Below are positions 1-9,749 of a stretch of DNA of 25,907 bases, one piece after another; position 1 is the first letter of the stretch, and every line of letters begins with the position of its first letter. The notes under the pieces are model-generated. The model did not search any database and was not told the DNA's origin. It saw only the letters and a program-made list of their open reading frames with translations. The DNA is from Octopus sinensis. Lineage: Eukaryota. The stretch lies in assembly GCF_006345805.1 (NCBI RefSeq), contig NW_021836014.1, forward strand, positions 1 through 25,907, in the 5' to 3' direction. Made by a program: the position numbers and the translations under genes.

Positions 1-34
1 CTGTTGAAGAGCGTAGGCTCGAAACGTTAAAGAC
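1..34 (+). ncRNA. Minimal type-I hammerhead-ribozyme-like motif (variant core CUGUUGA), 5' stem I strand outside window
   Basis: CTGTTGA-A-GAGC(gtag)GCTC-GAAA-CG-TT-AAAGAC: core differs from CUGANGA at one position, perfect 4-bp stem II (9-12/17-20), GAAA at 21-24, palindromic ACGT stem III as in dimer-cleaving Penelope-associated hammerheads. Confidence 0.55.
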
Positions 35-160
35 TTGTTCTATTTATATTCCTGAGCGCCATACTAATATAATTGTTTGTTTGTATTCCACCTGCCTTCG
101 TCTTTTGTTTATTTCCGTAAACCTGCCTTCGTCTTTTGTCTATTTCATAAAGTTTCCCGT
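1..160 (+). mobile_element. Short Penelope-like terminal-repeat fragment carrying the hammerhead-like motif, ending in (TA)n
   Basis: Hammerhead-like motif at 1-34, internal ~31-bp direct duplication ACCTGCCTTCGTCTTTTGT(T/C)TATTTC (~90-151), runs directly into (TA)n. No RT ORF seen; PLE assignment is inferred. Confidence 0.45.
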
Positions 161-183
161 TATTATATATATATATTAATATA

Positions 184-224
<41 letters not shown>

Positions 225-234
225 ATATATATAC

Positions 235-425
235 ACGTATTAAACGCAGCAGAAATATCACAAAAAACTGTCACTCAGAGTTTCACGTTCCCGACGAACG
301 GGAACGCGAAAACTCTGAGTAACAGCTTTTGAGATATTTCTGCTTTAATAAAGCATATTACTCTACCTCTGGATTTGAGTACTCTTTTCTCCACCTTGTT
401 TCACATTTATGTGCTTACTCCGGTG
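235..425. mobile_element. Head-to-head (inverted) pair of Penelope-like repeat fragments
   Basis: 45-bp inverted arms 249-293 / 299-343 with 5-nt spacer ACGAA; right copy continues to ~425 then (TA)n; hammerhead-like motif at centre. Confidence 0.5.
291..325 (+). ncRNA. Degenerate minimal type-I hammerhead-like motif (core CCGACGA)
   Basis: CCGACGA-ACG(ggaa)CGC-GAA(A)-ACTC(t)GAGT-A-ACAG; the inverted copy shows the intact CGT-GAAACTCTGAGT version; putative cleavage triplet GUA (319-321); the 5' stem-I strand has been replaced by the inversion. Confidence 0.5.
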
Positions 426-490
426 TATATATATTATAGTATATATATATATATATAATATATAATATATATATATATACTTATATATAC

Positions 491-531
<41 letters not shown>

Positions 532-558
532 TATATACATATATATACATATATATAT

Positions 559-596
<38 letters not shown>

Positions 597-1259
597 CACA
601 TATATATATACATATGTATACACACACATATAATAATATGTGTGTGTGCATTGATAGGAAGAGAAAGGGAAGCAAAATCTATATCGGCTATATATAAAAT
701 GTATAATTATTGCTTTTATCACTTGATAACATCTTAGAGGAATTAGAAGCTAATTATAGATAATTTTATTAATTAAAGATATTACAGCCATCACAATTAT
801 TCAGGCAACAAAAAACAATAGCATTACGAGCTATATTAATCCGTTAATCCGTTTATTTTGATTATATTTTCATGTCCGTCAGTTTCTTGTCGGCTCTTGA
901 CAACCGACTCCCTTAATCGTACATCTGTAGACAAAAGCATATTCGTTACGTTATCCATTACGTCAATGATCAATATGGCTACTTACGAAGCGTAGAAAGG
1001 CGAGGGCGATGGATTGGTGGACCGGTGGATTGATACAATAGCAAAGTCGTCAGACAAAGTATTCTATGGTATAAAATCATGGACGTTTATGATCGGGATT
1101 CGAACCACGCGTTCGTCGAATTTAATCATATATTTTTCTAGTGTCGATGAAAATAAAATACAAGTTAACTATTTGCGTGTCCAATGTATTTTCATAAGAC
1201 CCAAACTGTTGAAAAAATTGGGGATGTCCTGTTTATCACATGATATAGAGGACAGGGAA

Positions 1260-1448
1260 AGGATTAACATAATTTCTTTCGTCTGTGTGTGAATCGTTAG
1301 CGATTTTTTTCCTCCGTTTTCCCTTGTGTTGGACTTTCCTCTGTTTCCGAAGAAGGGCATCTGATCGAAACGTTAAACCATCTTTCTTTCCTTTCCTAAT
1401 ACATTACATGCATCACGTCCTAGCGTTGTTGTCTTTTTGTGGATTTAC

Positions 1449-1452
<4 letters not shown>
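1260..1452 (+). mobile_element. Short Penelope-like repeat fragment with hammerhead-like motif, ending in (TA)n
   Basis: Contains motif 1343-1378, pyrimidine-rich downstream segment, abuts (TA)n at ~1452. Left boundary approximate. Confidence 0.4.
1343..1378 (+). ncRNA. Minimal type-I hammerhead-like motif (core CCGAAGA), stem II partly decayed
   Basis: GTTT-CCGAAGA-A-GGGC(atct)GATC-GAAA-CG-TT-AAAC: stem I GTTT(1343-1346)/AAAC(1375-1378) perfect, stem II with one mismatch and one G-U, palindromic ACGT stem III. Confidence 0.55.
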
Positions 1453-1526
<74 letters not shown>

Positions 1527-1645
1527 CATATGTATGTATATATATATATATATATTATATACATATATATATAGTATATACATATATATATGTATGTGTA
1601 TATATATAAATATATACATATATACATACATATACAATATATATA
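1451..1645. repeat. (TA)n / (TATG)n microsatellite
   Basis: Directly visible. Confidence 0.95.
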
Positions 1646-2403
1646 TCCATCATCCCTATCCGCGTTAGTCCCAAAAGACTGAGTATCACCTTGCCTGCGG
1701 AGGGTTGGGCACGACCCTTCTTCGGAGGTGGTGAGTTATCATGCTTCCATTGCTTTGACATGACTGTAGTCTCAGGATCATAGTGATACACCCATTGTTC
1801 ATCCTGTGTGATAAGTCTGCCGAAAAAGTCCTCCTCGTTTTCTTGGAACATTGCCAAACCTGCTTGGGAGCAACTGATTCGTTCCTGCTTCTGAACATGT
1901 GTGCATCCGGGGAATCCGTCGTGCAGACCACTTTCGCATCTGTAAATGGTAGTGAATGATCTTTTCCACGGACCCTACACTTATCTTTACTTCTTGAGCT
2001 AGTTACCGAATAGTTATGCCGTGATCCTCTAAAATGGCCGCTTCCACTTAGATAAATGGTACCGTCATCAATGGCGGAATGTGGTCGTCCAGGAATAGCA
2101 ACGGTTTCCTCCGATGTCTGGCCAGTGCTTGGCTATGTCGTATGGTGGTGCATTGTCACCATAAATTTGTTTCATCTCATCGATCTGCATTCAGCTGCAT
2201 TCTTTCATCTCTGATCTGCATTCAACTGCCTCCATTATAACACTTTAGTCCACTTCAGCAGCCGTAAAAGACAAACGAATACAAGCGGAAAGCTGTAATT
2301 TGCAATGTGTTATGTAGAGACATGTATGATTATACATGTACAAGTTCCATTTCCTGCAATAACCGGAAGTGGGTCAGAGAAAATCTTTAATGAACACCCC
2401 TCG
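1646..2403 (-). mobile_element. Mariner (Tc1/mariner) DNA transposon, 5' half only, frameshifted transposase pseudogene
   Basis: Minus-strand peptides DEMKQIYGDNAP, AAILEDHGITIR*LAQEVKISVGSVEKIIHYHLQMRKWSARRIPRM (HTH + WVPR-like), RLITQDEQWVYHYDPET...SPPPKK...QPSAGKVIL (first catalytic D). TIR end CGAGGGGTGTTCATTAAAG at 2403 with flanking TA (2404-2405). Truncated at (TA)n before the second and third catalytic D. Confidence 0.95.
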
Positions 2404-3169
2404 TATGTCTGTGTATATACATACACACATACATACAAATACACACACACACACAAACACACATATATATATATTTAAGTATGCTTGTATTATGTGTATA
2501 CACAAACACACGTGTATATATACCTTTTACTTTATTTTTACAAATCACTCAATGTTGTCGACTGTATATTACATAAAGCTATTGCTTTATACGAGTTGTT
2601 CAGAGTTGCCTCTTTTAGGTACTTCCCATTGATAAGAGCCAACTAGCTTGAAACATCGATGCCTGGGAATCCTCATAGATGGCGACACTAAACAAATAGA
2701 GTGTTTTCACACCTTTTTTACCGTAAGAGAAATATATTCTCAACGGTAATTGCAGAGAATTTGCCTTTTAGCAGGTGAAATATGTCACAAACATATTTTA
2801 ACTAACCTAAACTTTGTTTATACCCGAAACCTGCTTGACGCTAATGTACAAATACACACACACATACACACACACTTACACACACATATAACTGCTACAG
2901 TCATGTACAATATGTTTAGTAAACATATTTTATCTCGCTGTGAATAGCCCCATAAAACGCCAAAATAAATGTTCCTCTATGAGTCGTAAATGTAAACTGA
3001 AACTAGTCGCTTCGATTCTCATTTCAAGCTGCTGGTATCCCTGAGGTTTCTACATGTCTCTGTTTCCACAGATAGTTTAGTTTAAATATATCTTTCATAC
3101 AAAGATATTGTATGTATCTTCTCTATAAACATTTATTCATACACACGCTTGTTAGTGCTCAAGCTATAC

Positions 3170-3198
3170 ATTTACATACATACATACATATATATATA

Positions 3199-3257
<59 letters not shown>

Positions 3258-3274
3258 TGTATATATATAAAATA

Positions 3275-3308
<34 letters not shown>

Positions 3309-3339
3309 ATATGCGTACACACGCGCACTTATATATTTG

Positions 3340-3400
<61 letters not shown>

Positions 3401-3746
3401 GTGTGCAGGATGCGTGTCTGTGTGTTTACATATAAATATATTTATTATATATAAATGGAAATATATATTTTATTCTCTGCCTATATTTATTACGTATGTA
3501 TATACGCACACACATATACATAATACATACATGCATACATAATTCTTAGGCATTCATATATTACATTCTTGTGTAGGTGTATGCGCGTGTATACATACAT
3601 ATATATGCATTATATATATACATATATATGTATATATACATATATGTGTATATATGTATGTTGTATGTATGTATATTAATATATATATATATATATATAT
3701 AATATACATATCTATCTATCTATATATGTATATTATAGATGTATAA

Positions 3747-3782
<36 letters not shown>

Positions 3783-3800
3783 CATGTATAGGTAGATATA
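3170..3800. repeat. Compound (TA)n/(TACA)n/(TG)n microsatellite field
   Basis: Directly visible. Confidence 0.9.
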
Positions 3801-4238
3801 TAATATATATTAGAAGATGGACAGACATACAAAGAAAGAAAGAGAGAAGGAGGGGAGGAAGGGAGAGAGAAGGAAAGAAAGAAGAGAAGGAGGTAAAGAA
3901 GAAAGGAAGAAAGAAAATAATGAAAAATATTGAATCGATAAGTCGTTCAATGAATTATCGATTGATTGATTGATAGACTTCCAAAAGATACACAGGAATA
4001 TATTAGAAGTATCACAGAAAACGGAACTAAAAATTGAATAAGTCATAAAAATAATAAGGTAAAAAAAAAAAAAAAAAAAAAAGAAAAAATGAAATAAAAA
4101 ATAAAATAAAACAACAAACATAATAGAACGTAGACCAACTTATTCGTGCAGTGTGTCTGAAAGGTTTGTGTGTGCGCGCGTGTGTGTGTGTGTGTATGTG
4201 TGTGTGTGTAAAGAATAGAAGTAATAATGGTTTTTGAC

Positions 4239-4459
4239 TTAGGCACAAGGCCAGCATATTTGGGAGAAGGAGTGAGGAGGGGTGAGGGAATTAGTCGATA
4301 ACATCAACCTTAACATTTGGTTTGATTGTTTATTTTTGTTGGCCCCGGAAGGAGGAAAAAGCAAAGTTGACTCCGCTGAGATTTGAACTCGTAACGTAAA
4401 GCGTCGGAACAAATAAATACCGCAAAAGCCATTTTTCCAACGCTGTACCAATTCCGCCA
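4239..4459 (-). mobile_element. tRNA-derived SINE, family E, diverged copy
   Basis: Minus strand TGGCGGAATTGG...GAGTTCAAATCTC (B-box-like)...GAGTCAACTTTGCTTTTTCC...GGCCTTGTGCCTAA; homologous to 6108-6324, 6701-6873, 21745-21957. Confidence 0.7.
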
Positions 4460-4464
4460 ATAGT

Positions 4465-4560
4465 ATTGGTTTCAAATTTCGGCACAGGCCCAGAAATTTC
4501 GGTGGAGAGGGGTTAGTCCATCCTATCGACTCCAGTGTGCCACTGGTACTTAATTTTACC
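4465..4560 (-). mobile_element. Family E SINE 3' fragment
   Basis: AAGTACCAGTGGCACACTGGAGTCGATAGGA...GCCTGTGCCGAAATTTGAAACCAAT on minus, matches family E 3' half. Confidence 0.65.
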
Positions 4561-4562
4561 AA

Positions 4563-4596
4563 TGTCACTTCGATGGCATGCGCTGCTCTCTCACTC
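4563..4596. mobile_element. Terminal fragment of element X
   Basis: TGTCACTTCGATGGCATGCGCTGCTCTCTCACTC nearly identical to 5604-5637, both followed by (AAT)n. Confidence 0.8.
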
Positions 4597-4639
4597 AATA
4601 ATAATAATAATAATAATAATAATGATGATGATGATGATG

Positions 4640-4697
<58 letters not shown>

Positions 4698-4702
4698 TAA
4701 TA
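4597..4702. repeat. (AAT)n/(GAT)n microsatellite
   Basis: Directly visible. Confidence 0.95.
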
Positions 4703-5018
4703 GATAGCTACCTAACTCAGATACCAGGAAACCCAAAAATGGCAGAAGTTCAAAAGATAGTGCTCATGGGAACTGCTCATATCCTACGCAAAATACTCTC
4801 TATGTAACCTCAAGGTTTAAAACAACCATAATTTTCGGTTAAAAAAAAAAAAAAAAAAACGTTTTTTTTTTTAGACATTCATTAGTACACACATCCCACC
4901 CCCCAATATATGGCACACTAGGCATAACAACAACATGAACTTCCACCCTGTTGTCTCTTGAGGTCTCTGGGTGAGACTTGGAGCCAACTTGTACAAATAT
5001 AAAGCAAAAGTCAAACTA

Positions 5019-5019
<1 letters not shown>
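4703..5019 (+). mobile_element. 5'-truncated R4/Dong-clade (RLE-type) non-LTR retrotransposon 3' end in (TAA)n
   Basis: Encodes DSYLTQIPGNPKMAEVQKIVLMGTAHILRKILSM* (stop 4805-4807), matching the C-terminal QKxxLLGTAxILRKxL motif of R4/Dong/Rex6 RLE domains; ~210-bp 3'UTR; (TAA)n on both sides. Confidence 0.85.

Positions 5020-5081
<62 letters not shown>
5020..5081. repeat. Pure (AAT)n microsatellite
   Basis: About 20 perfect units. Confidence 0.95.
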
Positions 5082-5083
<2 letters not shown>

Positions 5084-5637
5084 GTCCTGATGCAGTACCA
5101 GGCAGTGGCTCTCATGGCTTCTGATCTTAACTGATTGGAAGTGTTATCATGTACATTGTTTTGTCTTGGTATAAAAGATGGGCTACAGCAAATATTCTGC
5201 TCAATACCACAGATTTGCTTCTCAGTTGTTTGACCTTAACCAGTTGAGCATATCCCTTTGTGGCTGATGATATGTGCATCTCTGATCACGAGCAGAAGTA
5301 GTGGGGGAGCATCATAGCCATGTGTTGAGAGGGATTCTTTGGGGTTTGAATAATTCACCTCTGGAAACATGGGTGGTTCTTTCAACATCCTTAAACAACC
5401 CTTATTCAGGGACCTTTTGAGCGGGATGGGCTACTCAACCTGAAGAAAATTCTAACTGGGCCCCACCTGCAAGGTCATGCGCTGTTTATCTTGATATGAT
5501 ATCACCATGTCGCGCACATATGGTTGTGATGCATGTGCTTGGTGTACCCTTATCAGACGGGTAGTCATGATGGGTATATTGGGCTTCGTATATATTACTC
5601 CAGTGTCACTTTGATGGCATGCACTGCTCTCTCACTC
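5082..5637. mobile_element. Element X: ~555-bp non-coding interspersed repeat flanked on both sides by (TAA)n
   Basis: Sharp borders with (AAT)n at both ends; terminus repeated at 4563-4596; no ORF, tRNA head or TIR recognised; orientation unresolved. Confidence 0.6.
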
Positions 5638-6107
<470 letters not shown>

Positions 6108-6324
6108 AATAGTCTTTTCTACTAAAAGTACAAGGCCTGAAATTTTCAGGGAGGGGACTAGTCGATTGCATTGACCCCAGTGCTTCACTGGTATTTAATT
6201 TATTGACCTCCAAAAGGATGAAAGACAAAATCGACCTCGACGGAATTTGAACTCAGAACGTAAGAACGGATGAAATTCCGCTAAGTGTGCCACCCAGCCT
6301 GCTAACAATTCTGCCAATTTCACT
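6108..6324 (-). mobile_element. Family E tRNA-derived SINE with (TTA)n tail
   Basis: Minus: GGCAGAATTGTTAGC (A-box-like)...CTGAGTTCAAATTCC (B-box-like)...GTCGATTTTGTCTTTCATCCTTTT...TACCAGT...GGCCTTGTAC...TAGAAAAGACTATT(ATT)n. Confidence 0.8.
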
Positions 6325-6700
6325 CTATATGAAACTTCATCCCCGGGTCCTACAATTTCCCTCTCTTAGAACTTACTAAAAAATTCTTTGATCTATTTTT
6401 CATTTGTCACTTTAGAATTCATATTTCTTATTCTATTCCCAACGAGCAGAAACATTGATTAACACTACAAATTTTTAAAACTTTAATTAACCTTACGGGC
6501 ATCTATTTCTAGCACCATTATATCCAGGTGAGCCCTCACTCTCACTTCACCTTTAGTCGTATCATACAATAATTCGAGACATTTTACAACCTCTTTATCA
6601 CCATCCTAACTCCTTCCCTTCCACTCTTGCTACCTAAGAACTCTGGCCAATGTTGGTGGTCAGCAATAGGATGAAAATATCTGCTATTCCTCATCTCTTA

Positions 6701-6873
6701 TCTTATTTCTTTACTACCCACAAGGGGCTAAACATAGAGTGGACAAATAAGGACAGACAAACGGATTAAGTCGATTACATCGACCCCAGTGTGTAACTGG
6801 TACTTATTTAATCGACTCCGAAAGGACGAAAGGCAAAGTCGACTTCGGCGGAATTTGAACTCAGGACGTAACG
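6701..6873 (-). mobile_element. Family E SINE, 5'-truncated
   Basis: Minus: CTGAGTTCAAATTCCGCCGAAGTCGACTTTGCCTTTCGTCCTTTCGGAGTCGATTAAATAAGTACCAGT...CCCCTTGTGGGTAGTAAAGAAATAAG. Confidence 0.8.
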
Positions 6874-6874
6874 G

Positions 6875-6924
6875 AGTCGACTTAGCCCTTCATCCTTTCG
6901 GGGGTCGATAAATTAAGTACCAGT
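6875..6924 (+). mobile_element. Family E SINE central-domain fragment, inverted relative to its neighbour
   Basis: AGTCGACTTAGCCCTTCATCCTTTCGGGGTCGATAAATTAAGTACCAGT is the reverse-complement homologue of 6796-6844. Confidence 0.8.
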
Positions 6925-7017
6925 ACTAGCTTTCCTTAGACGAATATAGTGTAACGTTGGTAAGATCAATTCAAAGTTTTTCATTCTGCAAATTTTAGTT
7001 AGTCGATCCCACGGTAA

Positions 7018-8312
7018 AAACTTCTTTATAAAAAATGTTTCGGGTTTTATCAGTAAGGGCAAAATTGAAAAGGTTTTTCTTGTTCCCATTCTGGATGACC
7101 CAATATATAACTGACCGTGTAGGAAACAGTCCCCTTCTAATTATGAACCAGCAATTTTCAAAGTCTGACCTTGTGACTTATTAATGGACATCGCAAAAGA
7201 CAGACGTATTGGAAATTGAAGTCATTTGAACCCGAAGGGCATATTGGAAGGTATTAAATGTAAGAGAGGAATAAAAACATTTTCACCTTTTCCACAGCCA
7301 GAAATTATTGTGGCCTGTATGATATTTCTCATTAATTTCTTGACCACAAGTCTTGTGCCATTGCACAGCTTTGGTTGAGAAAAGTTGCGCAGACGCATGT
7401 ATTGGAGCGCATGTTTTCAATCGAAGGCAATGGGAAGGAGCTTCTGATGGCTTCAGTGAGTTTAAGAACTCAACCGGTTAATTGACTATTTCCGATTCAC
7501 CCACAACAGAGTCTACATATTTTTATGTTCGTTTTCTGGTGAATGTTTCTAGAGTCTTTCATTTAGATTATTCACATTTAGATTATAACGTTCTTTGGTG
7601 CCATGATTACTCTTTCGCACAACCAAGCAGCATTTGTGTAATTTGAACTTATACTTTGAAAAACTTTTTCAATAAGTTCCTCAACCGAGTTGGCCAAGAT
7701 GCAGATTTTTTATGGATTCAAGTCACCTTCATGATTGATATCTAGCTTTCCTTCTCCAAGTTGCACAATAGTATGGGAAAATTGTTCCGACAGATGATCC
7801 TCAGGCAAATGTGCCCTCATATTTGCAGAAAATTTAAACACTTTGATATGTTTCCATAAAATAGATTTCAAGCATGCTTTCAATTCTTTGTCCCCTTGGG
7901 AATTACTGGCAAAGTTTGTCTGAAATCACCTGGAAGGACTACTGTCGCACCTCACATCAAACAGTTTCAATTGCGCAAATCCTGCAGCATTCTGTTAACA
8001 GCTTTTACTGAATTTTTATGGGATATTGTAGTTTCGTCCCATATAACCAAAGAACATTTCATGAGAACTTGAGCTAAAGAAGAACTTTTACTAATATTGC
8101 AGACAGGTTCATTATTTGAAGTTAGATTAAATGGCCGCTTGAATGCTGCATAAGCAGTTCGACCTCCTGGGAGAAAAGTCGCAGCAACTAAAGAGCTCGC
8201 CGGACTTTAGCACTAAAATTTGTGACAAAAGTTTTCCAGTTCCTCCTGGTGTGTCTAAGATACATAATTCTCGTCTTTTATGTGTCACTCTTATGTGTTG
8301 TATATGCAAGTT
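7018..8312 (-). pseudogene. Helitron Pif1-family helicase domain, multiple stops and frameshifts
   Basis: LDTPGGTGK (Walker A, ~8232-8258), AATFLPGGRTA, LVIWDE (~8031-8050), GDFRQTLPVIP (~7900-7930), LRNFSQPKLCNGTRLVVKKL, FK*LQFPIRLSFAMSINKSQGQTL (~7159-7230), FLHGQLYIGSSR. Confidence 0.95.
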
Positions 8313-8692
8313 GTGGAGGCGCAATGGCCCAGTGGTTAGGGCAGCGGACTCACGGTCGTTGGAACGTGGTTTCGATTCCCAGACAGGGCGTTGTGAGTGT
8401 TTATTGAGCGAAAACACCTAAAGCTCCACGAGGCTCCGGCAGGGGATGGTGGTGATCCCTGCTGTACACTTTCACCACAACTTTCTCTTACTTCCTATTT
8501 CTGTTGTACCTGTATTTCAAAGGGCCGGCCTTGTCACTCTCTGTGTCACGCTGAATATCCCCGAGAACTACGTTAAGGGTACACGTGTCTGTGGAGTGCT
8601 CAGCCACTTACACGTTAATTTCACGAGCAGGCCGTTCCGTTGATTCGGATCAACCGGAACCCTCGTCCTCGTAACCGACGGAGTGCTTCCAG
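8313..8692 (+). mobile_element. tRNA-derived SINE, family A (A head/body + tail X), full length with 11-bp TSD
   Basis: Head GTGGAGGCGCAATGGCCCAGTGGTTAGGGC (A box)...GGTTTCGATTCCC (B box); TSD ATATGCAAGTT at 8302-8312 and 8693-8703. Confidence 0.95.
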
Positions 8693-8703
8693 ATATGCAA
8701 GTT

Positions 8704-9005
8704 ATCTGCCTGGCAAAAGTTTCGGGACATTTTCTTCAAGGAATCTTTTTAATGAATCAATATCATATGACGTGTCTCGCAAAACTTCTGTGATCAAATT
8801 CTTCACCTCATTTCGATGAGGTAAGCCAAACTTGCTGAGCTCCTCCTTTCCCATTAAGACAGCGCGATCTTCAATATCAACTAATGCAGAATGATGTATG
8901 TCATCGTCGAATGTTGTTTCCCTCCCAGGGACTCTTAGTTGTGCTTGATATTTGTAGTCTTCTGATAAATCATTCTTATATTTGTGCGACAGCGCTAATG
9001 GATTA
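8704..9005 (-). pseudogene. Helitron RepHel segment upstream of the helicase
   Basis: NPLALSHKYKNDLSEDYKY...SALVDIEDRAVLMG...FGLP...RDTSYDIDSLKRFLEENVPKLLPGR*LAY; joins the Walker A segment when the SINE and one TSD are removed. Confidence 0.85.
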
Positions 9006-9007
9006 CA

Positions 9008-9437
9008 TTTTCTCTTTCTCTTTTTCTCTTCTATTCTCTTTTACTTGTTTCAGTCATTTGACTGCAGCCATGCTGGAGCACCGCCTTTAATCGAGCAACT
9101 CGACCCCGGGACTTATTCTTTGTAAGCCCAGTACTTATTCTATCGGTCTCTTTTTTGCCGAACCACTAAGTGACGGGAACGTAAACACACCAGCATCGGT
9201 TGTCAAGCAATGCTAAGGGGACAAACACAGACACACAAACACACACACATATATATATATATATACATATATACGACAGGCTTCTTTCAGTTTCCGTCTA
9301 CCAAATCCACTCACAAGGCATTGGTCGGCCCGGGGCTATAGCAGAAGACACTTGCCCAAGATGCCACGCAGTGGGACTGAACCCGGAACCATGTGGTTGG
9401 TTAGCAAGCTACTTACCACACAGCCACTCCTGCGCCT
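9008..9437 (-). mobile_element. tRNA-derived SINE, family D (CORE-like CTTGGGCAAG segment, internal (TA)n(TG)n, purine-rich tail)
   Basis: Head AGGCGCAGGAGTGGCTGTGTGGTAAG...GGTTCAGTCCC; tail GGTGCTCCAGCATGGCTGCAGTCAAATGACTGAAACAAGTAAAAGAG. Resembles described octopus tRNA-derived SINEs (OK/OR1/OR2 group); named family not verified. Confidence 0.9.
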
Positions 9438-9439
9438 CC

Positions 9440-9640
9440 TTCACAAATCAGAAGAAGGATTGCGAAAAGATATCTGAAGCAAATAGGTTTGTGTGTGATA
9501 CTGAAGCTTCAGCCATCGTCCTATCCCACTGATTGTCATCTAATAAATTTAAGGCTAAACCGGCTTCTGTATAAATACGAACAGTTTGACCATCAATCAT
9601 TCTTAGGAAGGAGAAGGAAGTCGGTCTTCTTGTTTCACTC
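9440..9640 (-). pseudogene. Helitron RepHel inter-domain segment
   Basis: RPTSFSFLRMIDGQTVRIYTEAGLALNLLDDNQWDRTMAEAS, then (shifted) FAILLLICE; typical of Helitron GPTSFxxLRTVNG...EAC..LGLL.DD..W. Confidence 0.85.
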
Positions 9641-9652
9641 CAGCAGCCAATC

Positions 9653-9715
9653 TAGAATTTGAACCCACCATCTCGCGATCGTGAGTACAACGCCCTAACC
9701 ACCGACCTCTCCCCT
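9653..9715 (-). mobile_element. Isolated tRNA-like SINE head fragment
   Basis: Minus: GGTCGGTGGTTAGGGCGTTGTACTCACGATCGCGAGATGGTGGGTTCAAATTC with A/B-box-like motifs; no CCA-compatible acceptor stem. Confidence 0.55.
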
Positions 9716-9749
9716 CTCTCCACATTCATAGTATACTCATAACTGCATT

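Larger units (their letters stand above)
163..640. repeat. (TA)n microsatellite tracts (163-233 and ~425-640) flanking a fold-back repeat
   Basis: Directly visible dinucleotide runs. Confidence 0.95.
6926..9652 (-). mobile_element. Decayed autonomous-type Helitron (RepHel remnant) interrupted by two SINEs
   Basis: Colinear minus-strand RepHel peptides across three segments; probable 3' terminus CTAG|T at 6926 (no clear subterminal hairpin); 5' part (Rep) not seen. Confidence 0.9.

Noticed and set aside
940-1030. Promoter from CRE-like TTACGTCA and YY1-like AATATGGC motifs
   Set aside because: Short motifs expected by chance; no supporting context.
5082-5130. Hammerhead in element X (CTGATGCAG...)
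   Set aside because: Core lacks GA and there is no downstream GAAA with stem II.
6480-6620. Reverse-transcriptase fragment (minus: DKEVVKCLELLYDTTKGEVRV)
   Set aside because: Only a vague resemblance to a non-LTR RT segment; the expected GxxQG motif does not follow.
8313-8385. tRNA genes at SINE heads (also 9750, 15380-15452, 16240-16309, 19250-19320, 22272)
   Set aside because: A/B boxes are present but they run into SINE bodies, some with TSDs; no complete cloverleaf or terminator.
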